Shown here: positions 36,901-44,305 of the stretch, piece by piece
Layout of the letters: each line of letters starts with the position of its first letter
Position numbering within the stretch: position 1 is the first letter of the stretch
Origin: Deltaproteobacteria bacterium
Lineage (GTDB): Bacteria > Bdellovibrionota > FAC87 > UBA2466
Direction: 5' to 3'
Length of the DNA: 64,000 nt
Assembly: GCA_016196825.1 (NCBI GenBank)
Contig: JACPWY010000055.1
Coordinates: forward strand, 70-64,069
Position numbers and translations under genes: made by a program
The notes under the pieces: model-generated
Seen by the model: only the letters and a program-made list of their open reading frames with translations
Told to the model about the DNA's origin: nothing
Database searches by the model: none

Positions 36901-39474
36901 GGGATTGCGTTGGCGCCGTCGGGCACCTGCCTCGTTCAGATCGCGTTCACCCCTTTGAGTGGAACCACGAGCTCCTGGCAGCAAAACTTGATCGTGAGCG
37001 GTCAGGCCGGTTCCACGCCCGTGAGCGTTTCGGTCCCGATCAGCGGCAACACCACCTCGGTCGGAGCTCTGAGATTTTCTCCCGCCTCGGTCGCCTTCCC
37101 GGCGACCGCGCTCAATTCGTTCGCGACCATGAACGTCTCCCTTTCCAACACCGGGGGAACGGCGATCACCTTGGGTGCTCTTCCGACGCTCACCCCTCCC
37201 TATTCGGTGAATGCAGCCAACTGCTCCGGAATCACACTTCTGCCCGGCTCAAACTGCACGCTCATCATTACGTTCACGCCGGTGAGCGGAGCGACGAATT
37301 TCAATCAGACTCTCACGGTGGCAGGCACCTCCGGGGGTGTTCCGCTTTCCGCCTCGCTCCCGGTGAGTGGATCAACATTATCCTCCGGTGTTCTCACACC
37401 GTCGGCCAGTACGTACAACTTTGGTTCACTCCTGGCGGGACAGACCCGCACCTCCACGATCACTTGGACAAATACGGGAGGCGCCTCGCTCACAGCCACT
37501 TCGGCATCAGGTCTCTCCAGTCCCTTCACCCTCACCGCCAACAACTGCCTGAACGTGACACTGCAGGCGGGGATGAGCTGCTCGACCACGGTCACGTTCA
37601 CATCGCCCGGCGGGGCCGACATGGCGTGGAGCCAAGTTCTTAGACTCGCGTACGCGACGGCGGGAACCTCCGCCACATCGTCAGTTACTTACATTGCCGC
37701 GGCGTCCGCTACTCCCGGGACATTCACCCCAAGCCCGACAAGCTATAACTTTGGCACGATTAGCTCCGGCACATCGAGGAGCGTAAACATCACGTGGACT
37801 AACACCGGTGGCGCCACATCTCAGGCCCTCTCCTTCACGGGCTACTCGGCGCCCATCACGCTGACTTCAGACGGGTGCACGGGAAGGGCGCTCGCGGTCG
37901 GCGGCTCCTGCACCACGATGTTTACATTCAGCCCCACAACCGGGGGCCCGAGCTTCACCCGCACGGTGATCGCGCAATATACAACCAACGGGGCGGTTTT
38001 ATCGTCGAGCATTACCCTGGCAGGATCCATCGCTGCTCTTCCCGGCACGCTCACCGCAAGCCCGACAAGTTACAACTTTGGAAGTTTGCCCCCAGGAGGC
38101 ACCGGCTCCTCGACGGTGACCTGGACCAACACGGGCGGGTCGAGCCTCACTATCGCACCTGCGACAGGCATTTCGAGTCCGTTCACTCTGACTTCCAATT
38201 CATGCTCGGCTGCCACTCTTCTTCCAGGAGCGAGGTGCAGCACAACGGTCATATTCACGGCGCCTTTCGGGACGACCACCTCGTGGAACCAGATTCTAAG
38301 GCTCTCCTACTCGACGAACGGAGCTTCCGCGTCCACTTCGGTGGCATACTACGCCGCCACTACCGCCCCGCCGGGGACGCTCACGCCCAACACAGCCTCC
38401 TACAATTTCGGGTCGGTCAGCGTCGGCTCCGCCGTCCGCCAATGTTTCACCGAGACAAATACTGGTGGGGCCGCCATTACACTGCCGGCCGTTCCACGCA
38501 CGCTCTCCATCGCCGGCGGCTTCAATATTGTCGTCGACTCCTGCATCGGATCATCCCTGCAACCGAGCCAATCGTGTCAGGTGTGTCTCTCCTTTGCGCC
38601 GACAATCGCGGGCACCATGACCGCAACCTTCTCAGAAACTTTCACAAATACCGATGGCACCAACACGCGATCGGGCGGCACTATTAAGCTGATGGGAAAC
38701 GGCGTGGCACCCTCACCCTCCCCCACTCCCACCTATGGCTTCCTCCGCATCACTCCGACCCAATACAATTTTCCGGCCACCGCCGTGAATTATTCCAAGC
38801 TCCAAGTGTTCACTGTCACCAACACGGGCTCTGGCCCTGCCACCATCAACAATGTCCAGTACGGGGAGAATCCGGGGTGGCCGCAAAAGGCAATCGTCTA
38901 TAGCACCAACTGCTGTTCTGGTCTCAACACAACCACCGGGGCATGCACCCCCACAAACCTCAACCCTTACAGCTCTTGCACCGTCTCCCTCAATTTCTTG
39001 CCCAATATCTACATGATTCTGTCCAACTATGCCTTCACGGTCACCACGAACCTGATGGGGGTAGGTGGACTCTATAGTGGCCAATCCGTAATGGTCCAGG
39101 GCTCCATGGGGGTACTTTCGAATCCGCCGACCTCGGGAGCCCGGTGGTTCGCCACGTCCGGATCGACGACACTCCATGCTGCCGTGGGCGCTCAATCCGC
39201 CGCCACCACGGTCGTGCTTCAATCATTTTCGACGACGGCCAGAGCACCAACGATACCGGGTGTCGGCCCCGGATTCATGAGTCTCTCCGCCAACTACATC
39301 AATAGCCCGTTTCTGCTCACAAGCTCGTGCCCCATTGGGGGTAGCGTCGGGAGTTGTTACGCGACCGTCCGTTGCACACCTCGGGCCACCGGCTCGGTCA
39401 CTCTCCCGCTGACGGCGACCTTCAGTGACGGCACCCCCACGGCCACCCTCCCCTTCACCTGTGCCTCCCCTTAA
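27931..39474 (+). CDS. giant surface lipoprotein (3,847 aa) made of about 25 tandem HYDIN/VesB/CFA65-type (choice-of-anchor-D-like) Ig domains plus about 8 N-terminal Cys-containing repeats; putative adhesin
   Basis: Single uninterrupted 11.5-kb ORF. N-terminal lipoprotein signal (alt. GTG 27952: MRIGLVLVVLAALASC). Residues about 60-900 hold about 8 repeats with FxSDxxCS...FY motifs. Residues about 950-3600 hold about 25 repeats of about 100 aa with the pattern LxFGxVxVGxTSxxxxTVTN(T/S)Gxxx(A/L)TxIxxxGxSxPFxxxxxxCGxxLAxGAxCTxSVxFxPTxAGTFxxTLxxxY. That is, a (T/S)N(T/S)G motif plus a conserved Cys pair per module. The C-terminal 300 aa are unique and Cys-containing. Confidence 0.85.
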   Translation: MCVSGKNVRIGLVLVVLAALASCRFNMSDRSPSGVSSVTSPATPSSTTATTAGGDTSLTSVTAGPAVKLAVNGLPPFQAGVCAGPFTITAIDAHGNVATPSNNTELFKLEGTPPNAIFIDVNCTELAPEGSVVSDSSGTRALFYVNGTQAYSKVIAVNGAGVTGTFGIQILSGTPTRLEVTAPAAVSAGDCFAGALSLVDKNGNVATATKRFSAGVLIHGLSNAGVFSDPQCSQPLATLDFSVGTSSQPFHFLTQSPGTGSLAAQAPSGLEGGSANLTVFVENSPQLGLIPPPGQMVAGLCSAFRIVSLDTAGNTLVTHNGLPVTVSSKTSQLVLFSDAACSTPLNPATVTLAAESSTNQFFARSELAHTGQVAVSASGYLSATVAPIVAPAPAVSLSLDSLPDSLTMGGCMTAVVRSKDPFGNVSTVPVGVPILISGSGTAATGTNFYAGGSCTTSATKQFTLGNGSSLAAFSFSPGSPGALTITLTPSGLTGSGGATSTSGTTTIAPSPTVRLSLSSSTSAIIAGLCAKMSLSTIDAAGTVTMAPIDTSVTLSNDQSLQPLFFSDASCSSATSNLIVRSGTSSADFYIQSTKINAIVVSAQGTDSTGKAISTSKGVAIVAAAPSTLSIGSLGSAPSGKLCLGPVAVDTLDQFRNPAIVPKTTSFALESTGAVELQFSSNSTCSDSISSLTIPAGKGEGVFYAKAQSGGAVSFSILGGDLQGSGGTTLSDPPALHLVLAGPSSASATVGTCVAFQVGSVDPTNTPKIFDPNTITVGVTPTTNAVFFSDSSCATGLPNNQVTISPALNPAPFYFKFTTAQSMTISANGSLNSQGAGSQLTLTPANPSQIVLSPMGAGTFSASTCAGPYSAEAQDSFGNSSPVRSTLPFTFQPTGVSASFYSDAACSTSGAAIAAGKTSGLFYMKGAEPGSLTVSVGATSLHSSWRIFTVAADGAVKLTLLGQPVTQASFGSVSQGQTSSLIFTLTNSSTRTAASKIAVTVSSSSFSAALSTAPAGCSTLTDLKLAPGQQCGFGVLFTANSQGAASGSLDYTFSMGGASQSQSVSLSGTGTTPLAAVLTASAQSIDFGMLMAGQTTKQHVTVTNSGTRDASQISLSGVSAPFSASFESGCATLAPGSACDLTLAAAPSTSGSAQQTLVIDYSDGTDHTPNPSTVSLKETSNLPAVLQVSNSSLSFPATVVKGTSGAQTLTVTNMGSLPATEVSYSLSGSAFSLNSSSCPATLDAFTSCALSITFNPTALGSFSDVLSISYTSYAQAKATTVAIVSGDSTSPPHLIFNPALGTFAPTAINKAAPSVSLLLTNSGNGDAQGITLATSAPFSVNSTECSMLNAGQSCFVKVGFTPTAAGSFSSTLTANCSNATLGCAATTASLTGSTLPQSSLTLSATQLSFGLLTIGQTMTETITLSNSGALGNPAIQLSTPQLGGSNSAAALALTHSCGTTLASGSSCTVSVTFSPTNAGTFDNTLDIVWSSGNGLTTSTVGLSASALSAANVTLSPATSNFPDTVVGNTSQAIAVTVSNGGQSSAKDIVISGPTSVFIRSAATCPPEPFALAAGANCTVSYTFTPPGIGKTTHSFGGTFAGTSGATSIGNISFSGTGIATASLVVDETSLNFPPTSVGKSSQASLVFTNTGNGPASQINLANNLASPYFLSGPLCSSLAAGAQCTVTITFTPVAIGTFPSNVQVQYSDGSTLQKTSSISLTGTTGGKVNATPSTVSFSNVVVGQTNHQDVTITNNGAVSLSFLAAGIDPNSSPGFSVNPGACGTLSVGQSCEIVFSLSPNAVSNSLSGSSTVRFSDSVGNVVTAPPIALSGTSVGLAKLTVAPQSLTFSDTVIGTQSATQTLTITNTGVGQATKIAPALPADFLNSGGSCGASPFSLSPNAQCTISLIFKPTAAEDLSQAITGTYSNGVADDIFSFDVRGNGQTPGNLMLSVASLDFGSIALGTTSPLRSVTVSNTGGSAATQITILNLSPPFKNPSSSCGAQPFALAAGSSCELDYAFNPTSAGNSTEKLAVNYSNGVGSGTQRSLNLSGTGMGGSFSALPNPLNFNNTLLGQTGNLSVTVTNTGATNLNFAGAGINTGSGAGYSIANGNCGSLSTGATCSLTYSFTPTAISSSFSGSSTIQFTDNMDNAVSQVLPLSASSSGVGLLSSSKASLSFGDVTVGSSSAAQTFTVTNIGSGPATQISWSGPSPDFVVNYGSCGSNASLAAGAQCTVSLSLKPAAPGTFNQTLTVGYSDGQTTTTANMVTVSGRGLGPANLALSPSSLDFSGIAVGATSPTKLVTITNSGSATASNILLNPTLSGNSFTKVSSTCGNEPFVLAAGTNCQINLAFSPAVAGSASQIYSVSYSDSVSQQSGSTLTLNGTGIEAAVLTTNLSNVVFPYTALGQSSSATVVLTNAGGTDATQIALSPSTLPAHFSYGNSTCDSTLSPGATCSLTLNFIPKVSGTFTASLQITYNNGTPTTPTPPSISLTGTTAGAYSLTTASLDFGAVPVGSSKNLSLTVTNIGAPTITSSTPTMDTGSDAAFRLINSTCSTLASGQNCLITYSFQPTTAMTNAGGASTLAFTNPDNSPLPSTQVRMTASAPGVARITASPSTLAFGPIAVNGSSSPQTLTLTNAGTGPATQLAWSGVTNDFSIAFSTCPNGSALSVGAQCTISVTFRPTSAATFSQSLALSYFDGTANSNLIASTLTGQGVGAGVMALSPLSLDFGSVLVGQTKALNFAITNTGTGPITNVQFSSPVALPFATGSLCSSIQPGASCQLSTAFLPSAAGTFQATGQLSYYDGASAQLSPAFTLSGHTGPAFRFSPTSLSFGNVAYGTTSTAQAITITNTGGTSIKLNTILFDGQNSPQNGFRLVTSNCGTTLSPNGICTLSATFTPAAANSGYSSVWTISFVDAVTSSNPISGSIILSGSGTSPGALSANPASFSYGTVSLGSTANTTIVISNPGGTSTLITGVTALASPFRAVNQCTGIALAPSGTCLVQIAFTPLSGTTSSWQQNLIVSGQAGSTPVSVSVPISGNTTSVGALRFSPASVAFPATALNSFATMNVSLSNTGGTAITLGALPTLTPPYSVNAANCSGITLLPGSNCTLIITFTPVSGATNFNQTLTVAGTSGGVPLSASLPVSGSTLSSGVLTPSASTYNFGSLLAGQTRTSTITWTNTGGASLTATSASGLSSPFTLTANNCLNVTLQAGMSCSTTVTFTSPGGADMAWSQVLRLAYATAGTSATSSVTYIAAASATPGTFTPSPTSYNFGTISSGTSRSVNITWTNTGGATSQALSFTGYSAPITLTSDGCTGRALAVGGSCTTMFTFSPTTGGPSFTRTVIAQYTTNGAVLSSSITLAGSIAALPGTLTASPTSYNFGSLPPGGTGSSTVTWTNTGGSSLTIAPATGISSPFTLTSNSCSAATLLPGARCSTTVIFTAPFGTTTSWNQILRLSYSTNGASASTSVAYYAATTAPPGTLTPNTASYNFGSVSVGSAVRQCFTETNTGGAAITLPAVPRTLSIAGGFNIVVDSCIGSSLQPSQSCQVCLSFAPTIAGTMTATFSETFTNTDGTNTRSGGTIKLMGNGVAPSPSPTPTYGFLRITPTQYNFPATAVNYSKLQVFTVTNTGSGPATINNVQYGENPGWPQKAIVYSTNCCSGLNTTTGACTPTNLNPYSSCTVSLNFLPNIYMILSNYAFTVTTNLMGVGGLYSGQSVMVQGSMGVLSNPPTSGARWFATSGSTTLHAAVGAQSAATTVVLQSFSTTARAPTIPGVGPGFMSLSANYINSPFLLTSSCPIGGSVGSCYATVRCTPRATGSVTLPLTATFSDGTPTATLPFTCASP

Positions 39475-39501
39475 GGGCCCTAAATTCTCCACTGTCGGAT
39501 T

Positions 39502-40257
39502 TTATCGGAGTTTTTTCGGATCGATTCCCCAGGCGTCAAGGATGGCCTTCTCATCCTCGGCCGACACGGCCTTCTTGAATTTGGCGCTCGAGCGGCCCTT
39601 CACCCGGCTCTCGCATTCTTTCCAGGTCGAGTGCCGATAGGCGATATCGCCGATAAGACTCAGGTAAGAATAGGCCGCCACCTTCTCGTGTTTGCGTGAT
39701 TTTGAGGCGGCCGGTTTCTCGGTCTCCTCGGGAATGTCGTGCACCGGCACCGTGTATTTCAGAAGCGGGCCATCGAAAAGGCTCGGTCGGCGTTTTTGCG
39801 AGAAGTCCACCGCAATGGCATCAGCGCGGTCGTTGCCCGCAATCCCCGCGTGCCCCTTCACGTAGCGCCAACTCACTTTACCATCCGCTCCACGCGCCCG
39901 AGCCACACTCAAGAGTGCCTGCCACAATTCCCGATTGGCGACATCCTTCCCGTCGACCGTTTTCCACCCTTTTTTCATCCAGCCCCAGATCCACCCTGTC
40001 ATCCCCTGGATCACATACTTGGAATCGGTGTGGATGAAGACCTCCTCGCTTCGATCGCGCACAAACTCCAAAGTCCGAATCGCCGCCGTGAGCTCCATCC
40101 GATTGTTAGTGGTCTCAGGATCTCCGCTCCCAATCTCTCGCACCCGACCCTCGGGGAAAACAATCACAGCCCCCCAGCCCCCCGGCCCCGGATTCCCGGA
40201 GCAAGCCCCGTCACAAAACACAATAATGTTACTTAGAGCGCTCTTAATCTCTTCCAC
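39502..40257 (-). CDS. rnhA: ribonuclease HI with C-terminal extension
   Basis: The N-terminus IVFCDGACSGNPGPGGWGAVI...TNNRMELTAAIRTLE...IHTDSKYV matches the RNase H catalytic core (D, E, D ...H/D). An extra 90-aa C-terminal region resembles a hybrid-binding or viroplasmin-type domain. Confidence 0.8.
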   Translation of the reverse strand: MEEIKSALSNIIVFCDGACSGNPGPGGWGAVIVFPEGRVREIGSGDPETTNNRMELTAAIRTLEFVRDRSEEVFIHTDSKYVIQGMTGWIWGWMKKGWKTVDGKDVANRELWQALLSVARARGADGKVSWRYVKGHAGIAGNDRADAIAVDFSQKRRPSLFDGPLLKYTVPVHDIPEETEKPAASKSRKHEKVAAYSYLSLIGDIAYRHSTWKECESRVKGRSSAKFKKAVSAEDEKAILDAWGIDPKKLR

Positions 40258-40280
40258 CCGGCGAGCTTACCGGGGACCGA

Positions 40281-40574
40281 TCACTTTCGAAAGGGCGGAA
40301 TCACGAGTGGCTTGGGCTCGAGGGCTGCGGGTTGGTTGGCGCGAACGGACGGCGCCGCGGGTGGAAACTCCAGTATCACGCGAAATGTTTGACCGTTTCG
40401 TCGACAGGTCATCTCGACGGCGTCCCCGGGCCCTACCCCGATGAGCGCGCGCTCCAGATCGAGGCGGTCGCGCACCGCAATGCCTCGCACTTCCTTTTGA
40501 GGAAGTCCGACTGGTCGACGAGTGGCAATTTTTGGAATAAGCTGGATCTCTTTGCGACGCAGCGTAGCAAGCAC
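40281..40574 (-). CDS. small hypothetical protein (possible PDZ-like fold)
   Basis: 97-aa ORF divergent from mmsA. There is weak PDZ-like GVGPGDAV...NG pattern only. Confidence 0.25.
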   Translation of the reverse strand: MLATLRRKEIQLIPKIATRRPVGLPQKEVRGIAVRDRLDLERALIGVGPGDAVEMTCRRNGQTFRVILEFPPAAPSVRANQPAALEPKPLVIPPFRK

Positions 40575-40590
40575 AGTTTTAGGGGGAGTT

Positions 40591-42039
40591 ATGGTCCGAA
40601 ATTACATTGATGGTCGTTGGGTTGATTCGACGGGGCGGGAATCTGTCGACATCATCAACCCCGCCACCGAAGAGGTGCTCGACAAATGTCCACTCGGTAC
40701 AGCCGAGGATGTAAACCGCGCGGTAGCGGCCGCCCAAGCGGCCTTTCCCGCCTGGCGCCAGACGCCGGTCATCGATCGCGTCCAGTATCTTTTCAAACTC
40801 AAAAGCCTGCTCGAGGCCACCTTCGACGAAATCGTCGCCCTCAATACCGCTGAACACGGCAAGACACTGGTCGAATCGCGCGGCGACGTCCGCCGCGGTA
40901 TCCAGATGGTGGAAACTGCCTGCGGCATGCCGAGCCTCATGATGGGCCAATGCTCCGAAGACGTAGCAGCGGGTATCGACTCGATGAGCGTGCGCCAGCC
41001 GATGGGAGTCTTCGCCGCCATCACGCCGTTTAATTTTCCAGCGATGGTTCCCTTTTGGTTTTGGCCATTCGCCATCGCGAGCGGCAACACATTCGTCCTC
41101 AAACCTTCCGAGCGCGTGCCACTCACCCAAGTTAAAATCTTTGGCCTCCTAGAAAAGACCGGCCTACCCAAAGGCGTGATGAATCTGGTCGCGGGCAGCA
41201 AGGATGTGGTCAATGCACTCTGCACTCACCCCGATGTGAAGGGCGTCTCGTTCGTCGGCTCAACTCCGGTCGCGAAACACGTCTACCAAACCGGCACGTC
41301 GCACGGAAAAAGGGTCCAGGCCCTGGGCGGCGCGAAAAATTTCATGGTGATCCTCCCCGACGCCGCGATGGACACCTCCATCAGCACCTGCCTCGAATCG
41401 ATCATCGGCTGCGCCGGGCAGAGGTGCCTCGCAGGCTCCGTGATCATCTCGGTCGGCGATTGCGCCAAGACGGTGAGCGATCGCATCGTACGGCTCGCCA
41501 GCGATGTGCGCATAGGCAACGGCGCCGACCCGCAAACCCACATGGGGCCCGTGATCTCGCGCTCTTCGCTAGAACGGATCCACGGCCTCATCCAATCTGC
41601 GGCCCTTGACGGCGCGCAGATTCTCCTCGATGGCCGGCAGACCGCAGGCCGCGGCTATTTCTTAAAACCCACGGTCATCGCGGGCGTGACTCCCAAGATG
41701 CGCATCGCCCAGGAGGAGATCTTTGGCCCGGTCGTCTGCCTGGCGAACACCGACTCGCTCGCAAGCGCCATCCAGTGGATCAACTCGTCGCCGTTTGCCA
41801 ACACGGCTTCCCTTTTCACCAACTCAGGCGCAGCGGCCCGACAGTTCAGCTACGAGGCGGCCCCGGCCATGTTAGGCCTCAACATTGGGGTCCCGGCCCC
41901 GATGGCCTATTACTCCTTTGGCGGCGCGAAAGATTCCTTTTTTGGTGACGTGAAGGCGCACGGAGCACAGGGCGTGCTCTTCTTCACCGATCAGAAGGTC
42001 ACCATCTCGCGCTGGAAGAAGAACTCAAACATCTGGTGA
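40591..42039 (+). CDS. mmsA: CoA-acylating methylmalonate/malonate-semialdehyde dehydrogenase
   Basis: AAITPFNFPAMVPFWFWPFAIASGNTFVLKPSE and catalytic Cys context GCAGQRCLAGS are MmsA hallmarks. ATG 40591 is preceded by AGGGGGAG. Confidence 0.85.
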   Translation: MVRNYIDGRWVDSTGRESVDIINPATEEVLDKCPLGTAEDVNRAVAAAQAAFPAWRQTPVIDRVQYLFKLKSLLEATFDEIVALNTAEHGKTLVESRGDVRRGIQMVETACGMPSLMMGQCSEDVAAGIDSMSVRQPMGVFAAITPFNFPAMVPFWFWPFAIASGNTFVLKPSERVPLTQVKIFGLLEKTGLPKGVMNLVAGSKDVVNALCTHPDVKGVSFVGSTPVAKHVYQTGTSHGKRVQALGGAKNFMVILPDAAMDTSISTCLESIIGCAGQRCLAGSVIISVGDCAKTVSDRIVRLASDVRIGNGADPQTHMGPVISRSSLERIHGLIQSAALDGAQILLDGRQTAGRGYFLKPTVIAGVTPKMRIAQEEIFGPVVCLANTDSLASAIQWINSSPFANTASLFTNSGAAARQFSYEAAPAMLGLNIGVPAPMAYYSFGGAKDSFFGDVKAHGAQGVLFFTDQKVTISRWKKNSNIW

Positions 42040-42043
42040 GACC

Positions 42044-43426
42044 ATGAAAAAGACCCTCATCAAAAATGGCACGGTCGTGACAGCGACCGACACAGCCGCG
42101 GCCGACATTCTCATCGAAGGGGAAAAGATCGCGGCCATCGGACGCGACCTCTTCCATTCACCCGACACGACGGTCGACGCCACCGGTTGCTACGTCATCC
42201 CGGGCGGCATCGACGCCCACACTCACCTCGATCTCCCCTTCATGGGCACCTCCTCGAGCGACGATTTTGAGACAGGCACCCGCGCGGCCCTCTTTGGCGG
42301 CACGACCTCCATCATCGATTTCGCCTTCCAAACTCAAGGGCGCTCACTCAAAGAGGGGCTCGCCACCTGGCGCGAAAAGGCCGCAGGCCGTGCCATCGCC
42401 GATTATGGATTCCACATCGCCGTCACCGATTTCAATCCGACTGTCCATCAAGAGGTCCGCGACCTAATCGAAAAGGATGGCGTCACCTCCTTTAAGACCT
42501 TCATGGCCTATAAAGGCGCTCTCATGATTGACGATAAGCAGATGATCGGCCTCATGAATGAGGTCAAGAAGTGGGGTGGGCTCGTCACGGTCCACGCCGA
42601 AAATGGTGATCTCGCCGATTCGCTCATTCAGCAAAACTGTGAGGCCAAGAACCTCGCCCCGAAGTTCCACGCCCTTTCACGGCCCGAAATCGTTGAGTCC
42701 GAGGCCACGGGGCGCGCAATTGACATCGCCTACGCCGGAGGCCACCCGCTCTATGTCGTGCACATGACGTGCGAGGGGGCGCTCAACCGAGTGCGCGAGG
42801 CCACCAAGCGCAACCAGACGGTTCTCGTCGAGACCTGCGTGCAGTACCTCCTTCTCGATGATTCCGTCTACGAACGGCCCGGTTTCGAGGGGTCTAAATG
42901 GGTGATGAGCCCTCCGATTCGCAAACCAAAAGATCAGACAGCACTCTGGAACGGGATCGATCAAGGACTCGTCCACACAGTAGCCACCGATCACTGCCCC
43001 TTTTGCCTCGATCAAAAGGCAATGGGGAAGGATGACTTCTCCAAGATCCCCAACGGCGCCCCCGGCATCGAGCACCGGATGGAGCTCATGCACTCCGAGG
43101 GCGTCGTTAAGAACCGGATCACGCTCAACCGTTTCGTCGATCTCAATTGCACAGCGCCTGCGAAGATTTTTGGCCTCTACCCGAAAAAGGGGAGTCTCTC
43201 CGTCGGAAGCGACGCCGACATCGTCATTTTTGATCCCAAGGTGCAGCACACGATTTCCCAAAGCACCCACCACATGCGGTGCGATTACTCGGCCTACGAA
43301 GGCTGGAAGGTCCAGGGCAAGGTCCGCACCGTGTATTTGCGCGGCACCTGCGCCATCGACAAGGGGCAGGTCCTGATTGGCAAGGGCTTTGGACAATACC
43401 TGCCCCGCAAGAAGTTTAAGGAGTAG
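42044..43426 (+). CDS. dihydropyrimidinase / D-hydantoinase
   Basis: Cyclic amidohydrolase N-terminus: KNGTVVTA...VIPGGIDAHTHLDLPFMGTSSSDDFETGTRAALFGGTTSIIDFA. Length 460 aa. Confidence 0.85.
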   Translation: MKKTLIKNGTVVTATDTAAADILIEGEKIAAIGRDLFHSPDTTVDATGCYVIPGGIDAHTHLDLPFMGTSSSDDFETGTRAALFGGTTSIIDFAFQTQGRSLKEGLATWREKAAGRAIADYGFHIAVTDFNPTVHQEVRDLIEKDGVTSFKTFMAYKGALMIDDKQMIGLMNEVKKWGGLVTVHAENGDLADSLIQQNCEAKNLAPKFHALSRPEIVESEATGRAIDIAYAGGHPLYVVHMTCEGALNRVREATKRNQTVLVETCVQYLLLDDSVYERPGFEGSKWVMSPPIRKPKDQTALWNGIDQGLVHTVATDHCPFCLDQKAMGKDDFSKIPNGAPGIEHRMELMHSEGVVKNRITLNRFVDLNCTAPAKIFGLYPKKGSLSVGSDADIVIFDPKVQHTISQSTHHMRCDYSAYEGWKVQGKVRTVYLRGTCAIDKGQVLIGKGFGQYLPRKKFKE

Positions 43427-43428
43427 AA

Positions 43429-44295
43429 ATGGCAAGACCCGTGAAAATTGGCCTCATCCAGATGGCAAGCAAATTGCCGACAAGCGCTTCGTGCGAAGAG
43501 CACAGAAAGGCTATGACCGAGGCGCATGTCACCTACATCGAAGAGGCGGCCAGAAAGGGCGTGAATATTCTCTGCATGCAGGAGATCTTCACCGGCCCCT
43601 ATTTCTGCCCCTCGCAGGAGACGAAATGGTACGGCCTCACCGAGAAGATCCCCGAAGGCCCCACGACCCAGCTCATGATGGAGCTCGCCAAGAAGCACAA
43701 GATGGTGATCGTGGTCCCGATCTATGAGGAGCACATGACCGGCGTTTACTACAACACGGCCGCCGTCATCGATGCTGATGGAAAGTATCTTGGTAAATAC
43801 AGAAAGAATCATATCCCGCAGGTGAAGGGCTTCTGGGAGAAGTTTTTCTTTAAGCCAGGCAACCTCGGCTACCCGGTTTTCAACACCGCCTTTGGCAAAG
43901 TCGGCGTCTACATCTGCTACGATCGGCATTTTCCTGATGGCGCGCGCTGCCTCGGGCTCAATGGCGCTGAAATCGTTTTCAATCCCTCCGCCACGGTGGC
44001 GGGCTTGTCGGAATACCTTTGGGAGATCGAGCAGCCGGCACATGCCGTTGCCAACGGTTACTTCATCGCCGCTATCAACCGCATCGGCCGCGAAGAGCCG
44101 TGGAACATCGGCGATTTCTACGGCCAAAGCTACGTGGCCAGTCCGCGGGGAAAAATTCTTAAGAAAGCCTCGCGCGACAAGGACGAGCTCCTCATCGCCG
44201 ACATCGATCTCGATGAGGTGAAGGAAATTCGAGACCTCTGGCAGTTTTATCGGGACAGGCGACCCGAGACCTATGGCGCCATCACGGAAATTTAA
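43429..44295 (+). CDS. carbon-nitrogen hydrolase family protein, beta-ureidopropionase-like (N-carbamoyl-beta-alanine amidohydrolase)
   Basis: Nitrilase-superfamily E-K-C triad context: KIGLIQM..., ...YRKNHIP..., VGVYICYDRHFPDGAR. Its position between dihydropyrimidinase and aminotransferase supports the call. Confidence 0.75.
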   Translation: MARPVKIGLIQMASKLPTSASCEEHRKAMTEAHVTYIEEAARKGVNILCMQEIFTGPYFCPSQETKWYGLTEKIPEGPTTQLMMELAKKHKMVIVVPIYEEHMTGVYYNTAAVIDADGKYLGKYRKNHIPQVKGFWEKFFFKPGNLGYPVFNTAFGKVGVYICYDRHFPDGARCLGLNGAEIVFNPSATVAGLSEYLWEIEQPAHAVANGYFIAAINRIGREEPWNIGDFYGQSYVASPRGKILKKASRDKDELLIADIDLDEVKEIRDLWQFYRDRRPETYGAITEI

Positions 44296-44305
44296 GGGGA
44301 AAGAC

